Below, piece by piece: positions 19,410 to 28,848 of a stretch of DNA of 57,463 nucleotides. Both the position numbers and the translations under genes were made by a program. Each line of letters starts with the position of its first letter. Positions within the stretch are counted from its first letter, which is position 1. Origin of the DNA: Candidatus Sumerlaeaceae bacterium. Its GTDB lineage: Bacteria; Sumerlaeota; Sumerlaeia; Sumerlaeales; Sumerlaeaceae. The notes below the pieces were generated by a model that made no database searches, was not told the origin of the DNA, and worked only from the letters and a program-made list of their open reading frames with translations. The stretch covers positions 1 to 57,463 of the forward strand of contig JBPCLP010000049.1 of assembly GCA_051003195.1 (NCBI GenBank). The letters run 5' to 3'.

Positions 19410-21131
19410 TCAATTCATTCCTCTGCGTACGGCCTCGAAGAAACGTGCAGCCCATTTCCCGTTATCATGACTTGCACCCGAGCGGACCTGCGCAATAACC
19501 AGCCCAGAGTCGAGGTCCGCTCGCAGGATACACTGCGTCAGAGAGCCGTGTCCAAGCACATGCCGGCCGAATATCAGGTGCTCGGTTGCTGTCGATTCCG
19601 GCGGCGCGCCAGGTTTTACGTCGTACATCCAGCGCATCCCAAGGCCGTATTCTGCATCCGCGCCCGCAAACGGTTGCGAATAGCGCACCGGCAATACCTG
19701 CTGGAAAGTCTCCTCCGAGACGAATTCCCGCTCACCATAACTGCCGCGGTTCACAAGCCACTGCCCAAGCACAGCCAGTTCATAGGCCGTAGGTCGAGCG
19801 CCCGCGCCGCAATTTTCCATTGGCACATCACCGAAGCCAAGCGGCTCGAAAAGGTAATCGCGATACAGGCGCAGCATGCTCTTGCCTGTCAGCATTTCCA
19901 TCGATACGCCCGCGAGATCGAAACCAGTTCCCGTGTAACAATAACTGCTGCCCGGCTCCAGCGCGTCAATGCCATTGAGAATCAAATTGTCGAGATTAAC
20001 GTTACGCGCTCCCCCAAAATCGCCATGACCCGACAGGCAGCTCGTATGGTTGAGGCATTGCCGAAACGTGGGTACATGTGCCGCGTGCCCGGCGTAATCA
20101 GGTAGCACAACGCTCACCTGATCATCGAGGTGCACGAATCCCGCATCCAAAAAACGGCTGAACAGAATTGCCGTAATCGATTTTGTGAGGCTGGCGATGT
20201 CGGCCCGGAATGCATGTGTGATCGGCTTGCCCTTCCCATCTTTCCCAAACGCCTCATTCAGCACGATAACCCCGTGACGTGCGACGACCACCGAGAATGG
20301 ATGACCCGTCTCCCGCACCCAGTCTTCACAAATGCGCTTTAGGTTTTGCGGCGTATCGCTACGCATACCTACCTGCTTCATGGTTCCGAGGTGCAGTACG
20401 TGCGCGGGCGAAGTTCGCCATCGCAGAGCCGGCAGCTCCCGGGTGCTGGACGTAAGTCCCAGCACTTTCAGTTTTAACGCGAGCTGGAAGTCTTCGTTTC
20501 GTGCCGCCGCGCTTCGCAGGCTCATGGGTTGTGTGTCGGTTGTTGAGTCCTCGCTCAATCCAGCCAGAAGCACCGCGCCGGCCTCGGTATCGTTCAGCGC
20601 GCGCAGAACGGCCGAAGCTGCCGTGCGATTAATTTCGCTCTGGTGCTGACTCCAGATTTCCCGGGCAATTGGCCCGGGCGCGTAGTTGAGCGAAACCGAC
20701 GTTTCGTCCGGCATATAGAACAGGAAGTGAGACGGTCGGCAGAAGCACGTGACGATGCGACGCAGCGGCGTGCCGTTGGGCGCCAACCCTTCCACGTATG
20801 CACCCCATCTGCCCGCTTGCGCCGGTGTGGTTGCCTCATCGAGTTTACTGTCAAACCAGCGCACAGATAGGGGTGCTGTACATCCGAGGTCGCCTGCGGT
20901 CTCAGCGTCTCTCCATACGAACCGCGGCGGCTGCCCGGCATTGAACACGTACGAGAACGGGTTCGCCGTTGTGATCTCAAGCGACTGGAACGCGCGTCGC
21001 TCCCTGGCAAGTAGCTCGCGCTGGGTTGGCGTTGTTTCATCAGCAAGCGCGACAGAAGTGGTCGCAAAGGCGAACACAGCGATCCAGGCACACCAGTACC
21101 GGGCATTACACATTAACCCCGATCGGATCAC
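19410..21131 (-). CDS. Secreted serine hydrolase, beta-lactamase family, with a long N-terminal extension
   Basis: Signal peptide; IASLTK (SxxK), LNHTS, PG..YCYTG and YGLG..LGHGS. Confidence 0.8.
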   Translation of the reverse strand: MIRSGLMCNARYWCAWIAVFAFATTSVALADETTPTQRELLARERRAFQSLEITTANPFSYVFNAGQPPRFVWRDAETAGDLGCTAPLSVRWFDSKLDEATTPAQAGRWGAYVEGLAPNGTPLRRIVTCFCRPSHFLFYMPDETSVSLNYAPGPIAREIWSQHQSEINRTAASAVLRALNDTEAGAVLLAGLSEDSTTDTQPMSLRSAAARNEDFQLALKLKVLGLTSSTRELPALRWRTSPAHVLHLGTMKQVGMRSDTPQNLKRICEDWVRETGHPFSVVVARHGVIVLNEAFGKDGKGKPITHAFRADIASLTKSITAILFSRFLDAGFVHLDDQVSVVLPDYAGHAAHVPTFRQCLNHTSCLSGHGDFGGARNVNLDNLILNGIDALEPGSSYCYTGTGFDLAGVSMEMLTGKSMLRLYRDYLFEPLGFGDVPMENCGAGARPTAYELAVLGQWLVNRGSYGEREFVSEETFQQVLPVRYSQPFAGADAEYGLGMRWMYDVKPGAPPESTATEHLIFGRHVLGHGSLTQCILRADLDSGLVIAQVRSGASHDNGKWAARFFEAVRRGMN

Positions 21132-21179
21132 ATCTGCCCCCGCAAACGCACTGGAAGCTGCAATGATGAACGTGCTAAA

Positions 21180-21851
21180 TTACGGGCTCTCCTGCTGGTA
21201 GACCAGCTTACCATTGGCAAAGCTGAACACTCGTTCGCGACCAGTGCCGAAAACAAAGTAGGGCCTGTAAATCCACGTTTCACGTCGGATATTGGGTTCA
21301 AGGATGTCCACCATAACATCACGCGGCACGCCGTAAGTAATGCCCGTACGTTCCTGGTCCGTCAGAGGTCCCTCGTACACCATCTTGGCATCCGCGAACT
21401 GAAAAAAGCGATTCGACTGCGTGTACGCCCATTCGATTATAAAGTCGTTTCGAGTACTTTTGTAGGGACCGCGGATGTAATCCGGCTCACCCCACTCACG
21501 CAGGATTTTACGCTGCTGTTCCGATAAGGCGCGGCACTGGGTTGCACCCTTTTTCGGACCTGGATACGTCTGCAGGTAAGCCATCATGGCTTCTGCACCG
21601 TCCATGTTTTCAAGGTAGCGAAATTTTTTCTCGGGCGAATAACCACGTTCCGACAAATACGGAAAGCGTTTCACCATGATCGGTCGGCCGTCTTCGGTAT
21701 ACTCGAACTTCGGCGGGCGCTGGTAGGTGGTGCCGGCCTCCGTAACGGGTTCGGTCCACATCGTATGGATGCGCGCCTGCGGGTATGCAAGGCATGTGCA
21801 AAGGCTAACGGCTACAATGGCCAGCGGGCGAACGGGGCAGCGGTACAGCAT
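21180..21851 (-). CDS. Secreted hypothetical protein with two BamE/SmpA-like repeats
   Basis: Signal-like N-terminus; WGEPD..EWAY..FQFADAKMV and YGVP..ETWIY..FSFANGKLV. Confidence 0.55.
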   Translation of the reverse strand: MLYRCPVRPLAIVAVSLCTCLAYPQARIHTMWTEPVTEAGTTYQRPPKFEYTEDGRPIMVKRFPYLSERGYSPEKKFRYLENMDGAEAMMAYLQTYPGPKKGATQCRALSEQQRKILREWGEPDYIRGPYKSTRNDFIIEWAYTQSNRFFQFADAKMVYEGPLTDQERTGITYGVPRDVMVDILEPNIRRETWIYRPYFVFGTGRERVFSFANGKLVYQQESP

Positions 21852-22081
21852 TTCAGCGGGATCCCATCGGTTAGGTACTTTATACTAGAAGCTTGACCGG
21901 CGCAAGAGCTTGTCAAGCGCGGAACGTAGGCTTGCAAAGCAGCGCTTAAACAGCAGGAATGCAACTGGATCAGCCCACTCACCTGCACAGCGTGCCCGGC
22001 TGGCGGATACCGAATTGCTGTTGAATTCGATAAAGCCGGGGCGCTCAATCTGTGGTTAGTCAGGCCTCAGGAGAGGAAATT

Positions 22082-23560
22082 GTGAGTCGAGTAGTTGCTG
22101 CAGCCGTTGCGCTGATGCTGATGAGTTCAGGCTGGTCAGCGCCGTCCACTCGCCCGCAGGAAGGGCGTGGCAAAGCCATTGACCTCATCGCTGAGGGACA
22201 AACCCTCGAACAGTCGGGTGATAAGGAAGCCGCTTTTCAGCGCTACCTGCAGTCGGTCCAGACAGCCGCGAGCCCCGCAGGCTACTATAACCTGGGTCGT
22301 CTCGCCCGGATCGCAGGCGACCGCGATGCCGCCACACGCTATCTTAACCAGGCGCTGCAACTGAACCCCAGCTATGAAATAGCCAAGCTGGAGCTCGTGC
22401 AGGTTCAAAAGGGTTCACGCGGAAAGAGCGAGAGCGCACAAACCGTCGGATTTGGCCCGGCCGCAGAGTCGCAGGGTCCAATGAACGTGGATAAGCTCCG
22501 GCGTGAGTACGTAACCATGCAGTCTCTGCGCCGGCCGGTGCAGCTTGCCGCAGACACCGCTGTTGTGGCACCGGGTAGCCTGCGGGGCCAGAAAGACCCG
22601 GAACCATCGGCTCCGACTCTCAACGCGCCCGCGCCCGGATACGCCAGGAAAGCGGCGGAACCCGCACAGCCTGCATATATTGAGCACGATAGTAATCCGA
22701 AGATCATCGTGCAGGCCGACCGACCGGGTGCCGATGTTCTCGATCCGATCCAGGTTGTCCCCGCACGCGGCAAAACGCTCACGAGCGAACACGAAACCAA
22801 CACCGGCGAGGTACTCGATCCGCTGGCACCTACCCACGTCGAAGAGACGGAACTCACAGTAACTGAAAAGCGGACCGGCAAAACACAGCTCGAGAAAAAC
22901 GCCAGTCGCGAAGATATCAACGATGCGGCATTTGGTCCAGAGAGCCACAAGCAGCGCCCTTCCACAGGCTATGGCCAGACGAGTAAAGTCGCGCTCGGCA
23001 CGTTTGCTTTTCACCGCGATAAAGCTGACACCTATCGTCTGGCTGGCCGCTACCGGGAAGCAGCAATTGAGTATGAGACGGCACTCAGGTTGAACTCCTC
23101 AGATACGGAAACTCGCACCCTGTACGCCGAAATGCTCAGCCGCCACGGAAGCACAACGGAAGCAGCCGAGCAGTTCCAGAAATCCGCCGCCCAGGACCCG
23201 ACCGACGCGCGTACCTATTACAAGCAAGGCAATGCGTATTACGACCAGCAAAAGTTCGACCTCGCGATCGGTGCATACCTGCGCGCCGTGGAGCTGGATC
23301 CCAGGAACAAATTCGCGCAGAACAATCTCGGGGTAGTATACATGGAGCAAGGTGAGTATGCCCGGGCAGTTAGCCGTTTCAAAAAGGTATTGGAAATCGA
23401 CCCCAACTATGACATGGCTGTACTGAACCTGGGAATTATCAACGACGAGCACCTGGCTAACAAAGATGAGGCCCTGAAATATTACGAGCAGTACCTAGTG
23501 CTGAAAGGCCCGCGAAGCAGCGAAGTTGAGCGGTGGGTTGCCGCGCTGAAAAAGCAGTAA
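22082..23560 (+). CDS. Secreted TPR protein with a long Pro/Ala/Thr-rich linker
   Basis: GTG start after GAGAGGAA; N- and C-terminal TPRs (YYNLG, YYKQGNAYY, AQNNLGVVY). Confidence 0.85.
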   Translation: MSRVVAAAVALMLMSSGWSAPSTRPQEGRGKAIDLIAEGQTLEQSGDKEAAFQRYLQSVQTAASPAGYYNLGRLARIAGDRDAATRYLNQALQLNPSYEIAKLELVQVQKGSRGKSESAQTVGFGPAAESQGPMNVDKLRREYVTMQSLRRPVQLAADTAVVAPGSLRGQKDPEPSAPTLNAPAPGYARKAAEPAQPAYIEHDSNPKIIVQADRPGADVLDPIQVVPARGKTLTSEHETNTGEVLDPLAPTHVEETELTVTEKRTGKTQLEKNASREDINDAAFGPESHKQRPSTGYGQTSKVALGTFAFHRDKADTYRLAGRYREAAIEYETALRLNSSDTETRTLYAEMLSRHGSTTEAAEQFQKSAAQDPTDARTYYKQGNAYYDQQKFDLAIGAYLRAVELDPRNKFAQNNLGVVYMEQGEYARAVSRFKKVLEIDPNYDMAVLNLGIINDEHLANKDEALKYYEQYLVLKGPRSSEVERWVAALKKQ

Positions 23561-23647
23561 ACTCCAGCGCGTAGGTTCTTTTGAATCCAAATGAACGCAA
23601 ATTAACGAGTGCTGTATAGATCGTATACTCTTTTGATAGACGTCTAA

Positions 23648-24430
23648 TTGCAAACTTTAGTACCCGCACATAACGAACTCGATTTACAGCGCTTAAATCA
23701 TGATCTTGCCGATCTGTCGCCTCTTGAGATCGTCCAGTCGGCGGTCGATACCTTCGGCGAACGTTTAGCTGTGCAGTCTTCCATGCAAAAAACTGCCGGT
23801 GTGCTGATGCACCTCATCAGCCGCGTTGCTCCCGACACAGAAATCATCTTTGTCGATACCGGAGTCCACTTCATGGAAACGTTGGATGTTCGCGACGAGT
23901 TCGTCCGCCGTTTTGGACTAAAGATAAAAACCTATAAGCCGGAACTCAGCTTCGACCAGCAGTACAATGAGTATGGACACTATCTCCACGAGGTCGACGA
24001 CACAAAGCCGGGCGCGGCCGCAGGCTACACAATGTGCTGTCGGCTCCGCAAGGAATTACCGTTTATTGCCGCCGTCCGGGGTCGTTTTGATGCAATCATC
24101 AGCGGCCTTATGCGCGAGGAAGGCGGAGCGCGGGGCGGTGTCGATATTATAACCTGGGACTCGCGTATTGAGGCCTGCAAGATTAACCCGCTTGCTCACT
24201 GGTCCGGCGAGCAGGTAGACGCCTACACTGCGGCGCACGAACTTCCCGTACATCCGCTTTATGCAAAGGGCTACCCGAGTACCGGTTGCTGGACATGCAC
24301 GACACCCATACAGCCGGGCGAGGATAAACGCGCGGGACGCTGGCGCCACATCCGCGAAAGCGACGCCAGCAAACGCAGCGCTCCGATCTACTGCGGTATT
24401 AACTTTGAAGACCGCGGCAGCGGCATTTAA
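23648..24430 (+). CDS. cysH: APS/PAPS reductase, Fe-S (APS-type) signature
   Basis: FVDTGVHFMET, CCRLRK, KINPLAHW, HPLYAKGYPSTGCWTCT, RAGRW and YCGIN. Confidence 0.92.
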   Translation: MQTLVPAHNELDLQRLNHDLADLSPLEIVQSAVDTFGERLAVQSSMQKTAGVLMHLISRVAPDTEIIFVDTGVHFMETLDVRDEFVRRFGLKIKTYKPELSFDQQYNEYGHYLHEVDDTKPGAAAGYTMCCRLRKELPFIAAVRGRFDAIISGLMREEGGARGGVDIITWDSRIEACKINPLAHWSGEQVDAYTAAHELPVHPLYAKGYPSTGCWTCTTPIQPGEDKRAGRWRHIRESDASKRSAPIYCGINFEDRGSGI

Positions 24431-24450
24431 GAAGTTCGCATCACCGCCGC

Positions 24451-25044
24451 CTACGATATGGCCAGCAATGCTGACAGCCCGGCGCCCAGCGTGGGAAGGT
24501 AGTAGTTGTCATCGACTTTGGAAACCAGAAGTTCGGTAAGTCCGCAGAGCACGCAGACCAGCCCCAGCCGAATCGGCGCGCCGGCACTCAGGCCAGTGTT
24601 CCACCACCACCAGGCAGGCAAAGTTGCGCAAAACGACGCCAGCACAAATCCGATAAGACCACCCACGGAATGCGAATTTCGCAGCCGACGAATCGGCAGG
24701 ACGCCACCTGCAATCGTCGATGCGCTGTCGCCCGCCGCTAGAATTATCCAGCCAATGAAAGCATAATGAGGCGGGAAAACAGCCACTGCGAGAGCAACGC
24801 CGATTGCATAGCGAATCGCGCCATTATTCCAGACGCTTTCACCCGGGCGGTACATTGGATTCACTAACTGCCGCTTCGAAACATACCAGTAAGTCGTCAG
24901 CACGATCGTCACACCCGATGCGATCAACCCTGCGACTGTTAAACGCGACCAGTAAAACAGAAGAAACGCTCCTGCGCCGGAGCCGAGATGCAGCAGTTGT
25001 CGCAAGTACTCCCTGGTTGCGAGCTTCACGTTCTTATTGAGCAA
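24451..25044 (-). CDS. Phytol/dolichol kinase-like (cytidylyltransferase family) membrane protein
   Basis: REYLRQLLH, LAAGDSASTIAG and E..VDDNYYLP. Confidence 0.7.
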   Translation of the reverse strand: MLNKNVKLATREYLRQLLHLGSGAGAFLLFYWSRLTVAGLIASGVTIVLTTYWYVSKRQLVNPMYRPGESVWNNGAIRYAIGVALAVAVFPPHYAFIGWIILAAGDSASTIAGGVLPIRRLRNSHSVGGLIGFVLASFCATLPAWWWWNTGLSAGAPIRLGLVCVLCGLTELLVSKVDDNYYLPTLGAGLSALLAIS

Positions 25045-25065
25045 TCAGGAGTTGCTAACGCGCAA

Positions 25066-25920
25066 CTACCTTCGCGTTTTTGGATCCAATGCATCCCGCA
25101 GTCCATCCCCCAGCAAATTGAAACCGGTTACGGTAAGAAGGATTGCCAGGCCCGGAAATAAAGGCAGCCATTCGAAGAATAGGATGAAGTCGCGCCCTTC
25201 GCTTAGCATTCCACCCCACGTTGGGGTGGGAGGCTGTGCCCCAAGGCCAAGGTAACTTAGACCGGCCTCGGCAAGGATCGCCGTCGAGATGCGAAGCGTG
25301 CCATAGACAATCAATGTGCCGAACAAGTTGGGCATAATATGCCGGGCCATAATGCGAGTGGCATCGGCCCCCGCAACGCGCGCCGCATCAACGTACGTTT
25401 CTTCCCGTAGTGCCAGTACGTTGCCGCGAACCAGTCGCGTATAGGCCGGAAAGCTTGCAATACCCAGTGCGAACAGTGCGTTCAGCAGGCTTGGGCCCAG
25501 CGCCGATGTGATTGCCAGCGCGAGCAGCAGAAACGGAAACGCCAGCATCACATCCGTAACGCGCATTACCAACGCATCCCACCACCCGCCGAAGTAACCC
25601 GATGACGTGCCCAGTAAAAGACCAAGGATCATACCAATAGAAACCGCAACAAGTCCCACTGACAGAGAAATGCGCGAGCCATACAGCACGCGCAAAAAAA
25701 CGTCCCGGCCGTACTGGTCGGTTCCGAACCAGTGTGCGCCACTCGGCGGCTGCAGCGCATTTGCCAGGTCCTGTGCGCAGGCCTTGCTGTACGGCGCAAT
25801 AAAAACCGAAAGCAGTGCGCACATTGCCAGCATAACCACGATCGTCAAACCCGCAACAGCAGCCCTGTCGCGTTTGAATTTGATCCAGACACCCCGAAGG
25901 CTGAGCAGAAACTCTTTCAT
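25066..25920 (-). CDS. dppC: Peptide/nickel ABC transporter permease (DppC/OppC type)
   Basis: HWFGTDQYGRDVF, YVDAARVAGA..RHIMPN and FNLLGDGLRDALDP. Confidence 0.93.
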   Translation of the reverse strand: MKEFLLSLRGVWIKFKRDRAAVAGLTIVVMLAMCALLSVFIAPYSKACAQDLANALQPPSGAHWFGTDQYGRDVFLRVLYGSRISLSVGLVAVSIGMILGLLLGTSSGYFGGWWDALVMRVTDVMLAFPFLLLALAITSALGPSLLNALFALGIASFPAYTRLVRGNVLALREETYVDAARVAGADATRIMARHIMPNLFGTLIVYGTLRISTAILAEAGLSYLGLGAQPPTPTWGGMLSEGRDFILFFEWLPLFPGLAILLTVTGFNLLGDGLRDALDPKTRR

Positions 25921-25926
25921 ATTCGG

Positions 25927-26065
25927 GGATTAGAAAATCTGAAGATTAGAGGAGTTATGATTGCGAATAATGCGAGCTCCCACACAGGAGTAGGATGCAT
26001 CATGGCTTTCCCTTCTAATCTTCCAGTTCTCAAATTTTCTCATCCTCGAATTCTCTAATCCTCTA
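25927..26065. repeat. Inverted arrays of degenerate 8-mers (TCNAATYY)
   Basis: Left arm GGATTAGA/AAATCTGA/AGATTAGA; right arm TCTAATCT/TCCAGTTC/TCAAATTT/TCTCATCC/TCGAATTC/TCTAATCC. Confidence 0.7.
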
Positions 26066-27010
26066 CTTCGCGCTCCCACCAATCCGGATCCGCGGGTCAA
26101 TCACCGTGTAAAGCAGATCGACAGCGAGGTTTACGAGTGTGTAGACCACTGCGATCGTCAGCACCCCCGCCATCACGACAGGCGTATCGCCTCCTTTGAT
26201 GCCGTCGACCATCCACTGTCCCAGCCCGGGCCACGCGAAGATACTCTCCACAATGATGCTGCCCTCGAGCAGCCCGGCAATCGACAAACCCGATAACGTG
26301 ACGAACGGGATGAGCGCATTGCGGAACGCATGATGTACCAGCACTGTTTTACCCGAAACGCCCTTGGCGCGAGCCGTGCGCACAAAATCGGAGCTGAGTG
26401 TTTCAAGCATCGACGAGCGCAATACCCGGCACAGTGCCGCGGCTGTACCAACCCCCAGGGTTATGGACGGAAGCGCCAGATGCCGCAGATGATCCCACAC
26501 TGTGCCGTGCCCGCGGCCCGCGGGGGGTAACAGCTGCAGACGTCGTGAAAAGATAATGATCAACTCAATGCCAAGCCAGAACGCTGGCGCGGCAAGAAAA
26601 ACAAAGATGACAGTGCGGGACGTGTTATCAAAAAACCCATACGGCTTCCTGGAAGAGAGAAGCCCTACCGAGATTGCGAGAAACGTCGCGATGGCCATCG
26701 TTGTAACGGCCAGCTCCAGCGTCGCCGGGATGCGCTTGATCAGGTCGGGAGCCACCGGGCGCTGTGATCCAACCCAGCTCACGCCGAAGTTTCCGCGTAA
26801 CGCGTCCCGCAGCCAATACCAGTACTGCACCGGGATCGGCTCATCCAGGTGCAGCTCCTGTCGCTTCAGGATGATCTGTTCGCGTGTAGCATCCGGCGGC
26901 AGCAGGCTTCTCACAGGGTCGCCACTTAGTCGTAACAGGCAGAACACCAGGATCGAAACCCCGAGCAGCGTCGGAATTGCCTGCAAAAAGCGTTTAAGCG
27001 CGGTCGACAT
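26063..27010 (-). CDS. dppB: Peptide/nickel ABC transporter permease (DppB/OppB type)
   Basis: PATLELA, DFVRTARAKG..HAFRNALIP, ESIFAWPGLG and IDPRIR. Confidence 0.93.
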   Translation of the reverse strand: MSTALKRFLQAIPTLLGVSILVFCLLRLSGDPVRSLLPPDATREQIILKRQELHLDEPIPVQYWYWLRDALRGNFGVSWVGSQRPVAPDLIKRIPATLELAVTTMAIATFLAISVGLLSSRKPYGFFDNTSRTVIFVFLAAPAFWLGIELIIIFSRRLQLLPPAGRGHGTVWDHLRHLALPSITLGVGTAAALCRVLRSSMLETLSSDFVRTARAKGVSGKTVLVHHAFRNALIPFVTLSGLSIAGLLEGSIIVESIFAWPGLGQWMVDGIKGGDTPVVMAGVLTIAVVYTLVNLAVDLLYTVIDPRIRIGGSAK

Positions 27011-27018
27011 CGGCTAAA

Positions 27019-28713
27019 TTAAGCCAGCCCGTCTACACCGGCGAGTGTGACGCCCTGGAACTCGTACTCGCCTGCCGGGTGCACGTGCATCCCCTCGACC
27101 CGTGTGCGTACCCCCCAATGCGTACGTGGATAGTAAGTAAAGATGCAGGGGGCGTCATCTACAATTTGTCTCTGTATGCGCCTGTACAAATCGTGCTGAG
27201 CCGCCTCTTCTGAAATTTTAAGTGATTCGTCCAGCAGGCGATCGACCTCGAGATTCCGATAAAAGCACATGTTGCTGCTGCTTGTGGAGCGAAACAGCGG
27301 ATCGAGAAACCCGAAGGGGTGCTCGCCGCCGACCCATCTGGAAACAGCCATGTCGAACACACCCTTTTTTGTCGGGTACCATTTGCCGTCGATGGTCTGG
27401 TAGGGATCAAATCGGCCCCAGTACACGTTGCGGTCGAAGCGCTTGATCGTAATCCGGAATCCAATTCTTTGCAACTGGTCCGCAAGCACAACGCCCAGTC
27501 CTGTGTCACCCGCATCATCTTTTGACCACATCTCCAGGTCGACGCCGTTTTCGATGCCCGCTTGTTTCATCAGGGTTCGCGCTTTGTCGAGGTCGAACGG
27601 GTAGACGGACTTCAACTCTGGATCTGCCGCGGGAAGCGACGGCGGCAGTACGCCGTATGCCGGGTCTGCATTTCCTCGAAAAGCATAGCGCACGAGCGCG
27701 TCGCGATCAATTGCATGGTTTGCCGCGTGGCGGACGCGAATGTCGCTCAGCGGGGGTTTCATGCAGTTTAGCACAATATAGGAAAAGCATAAAAGCGGCG
27801 ATCGCTCGAGTTTGATATCCTTATGGCGTTCCGCCACTTCGACATGGGAATAGAGAACGTCCGCCACGTCGACACCCCCCTGCTCCAGCACGATCAACCG
27901 GGTTGTGGGCTCGCGAATGGGACGAAACTCCACTTCATCTACTTTGATTCGGTCAGCGTCCCAGTAATTTGGATTACGCCGCATCCGCAAAAACTGATCG
28001 GGCTCCTGCTCGACAAACATGAAAGGGCCCGTGCCTGACGGCTTACGGCTGTATTGAAATCCATTGGGTTCCGGTCGCACTGCCTTCGGATCGAGAGCCT
28101 TTGCACGCTGGTACTCAGCTTCGCGATCACCATTCGCTGCCTTAACCGCAGACGGACTTACAATCGCGCCAAACCCGTCGCGCACCCGCACCGGCCACAG
28201 CGAGAAGGGTTTGGCCATGTAGAATTGCACGGTGTGCTCATCCAGCACATCAATGTGGTCCACGTCCTTCATCTTGGTGGAACGGTTGCTCCTCGTTGTC
28301 GGGTCCTTCAGGCGATCAAAATGAAATTTCACAGAATCCGCGTTGAACGCAGACCCATCGTGAAAAAGCACTCCTTTGCGAAGATGGAAAATCCAGGAGT
28401 TCGAATTATCCCGGGTTTCCCACGACAGCGCGAGCCGCGGCACAAGCTGCACCTGCCGGTTGTGCCATGTCAGGTTTTCATGGATATTGCAGATCACAAA
28501 TCCATCGAGGGCACGCACCGCGAACGCTGGATCCAGGGTGGTAATGTCTTCCGCCAGCGCAATTCTCAGCACGTTGCGGCCACCGTGGCGAACCAGTTCG
28601 CAGCCGGGTAGCAAGGCTCCCGCACCTGCCCCGCCTGCAATCACCGCAGCGGCAGATTGGAGCGCTCTCGTGAGAAACTCACGCCGATTCAAATCAGTCT
28701 TGTGGACAGGCAT
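27019..28713 (-). CDS. Family 5 ABC substrate-binding protein, Tat-exported lipoprotein
   Basis: NRREFL Tat motif, LLPGC, LRKGVLFHDG, GTGPF, RNPNYW and D.RVR.A..AIDR. Confidence 0.9.
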   Translation of the reverse strand: MPVHKTDLNRREFLTRALQSAAAVIAGGAGAGALLPGCELVRHGGRNVLRIALAEDITTLDPAFAVRALDGFVICNIHENLTWHNRQVQLVPRLALSWETRDNSNSWIFHLRKGVLFHDGSAFNADSVKFHFDRLKDPTTRSNRSTKMKDVDHIDVLDEHTVQFYMAKPFSLWPVRVRDGFGAIVSPSAVKAANGDREAEYQRAKALDPKAVRPEPNGFQYSRKPSGTGPFMFVEQEPDQFLRMRRNPNYWDADRIKVDEVEFRPIREPTTRLIVLEQGGVDVADVLYSHVEVAERHKDIKLERSPLLCFSYIVLNCMKPPLSDIRVRHAANHAIDRDALVRYAFRGNADPAYGVLPPSLPAADPELKSVYPFDLDKARTLMKQAGIENGVDLEMWSKDDAGDTGLGVVLADQLQRIGFRITIKRFDRNVYWGRFDPYQTIDGKWYPTKKGVFDMAVSRWVGGEHPFGFLDPLFRSTSSSNMCFYRNLEVDRLLDESLKISEEAAQHDLYRRIQRQIVDDAPCIFTYYPRTHWGVRTRVEGMHVHPAGEYEFQGVTLAGVDGLA

Positions 28714-28848
28714 TCAGCGGATGGCTTACCCAGTGCGATGCTGTAGATGAAAGCACAATATACAGCACATGGAAGTACCGCCATGTGCTCCATCACTGTT
28801 CCGATGAGTCCCGCCATCGTATTTAGAATCTTCAACAATCTGCCTTGT

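Noticed and set aside
18495..20105. 536-aa plus-strand ORF
   Set aside because: Antisense shadow across three well-supported minus-strand genes, with no recognisable motifs
19410..21131. Antibiotic-resistance call for the beta-lactamase-family gene (and for the APH-like gene at 52214)
   Set aside because: Only fold-level motifs are visible; these families are mostly esterases/peptidases and small-molecule kinases
28764..28789. Perfect 9-bp hairpin AGCACATGG/CCATGTGCT upstream of the binding-protein gene
   Set aside because: No clear U-tract and no second copy, so I cannot assign a function
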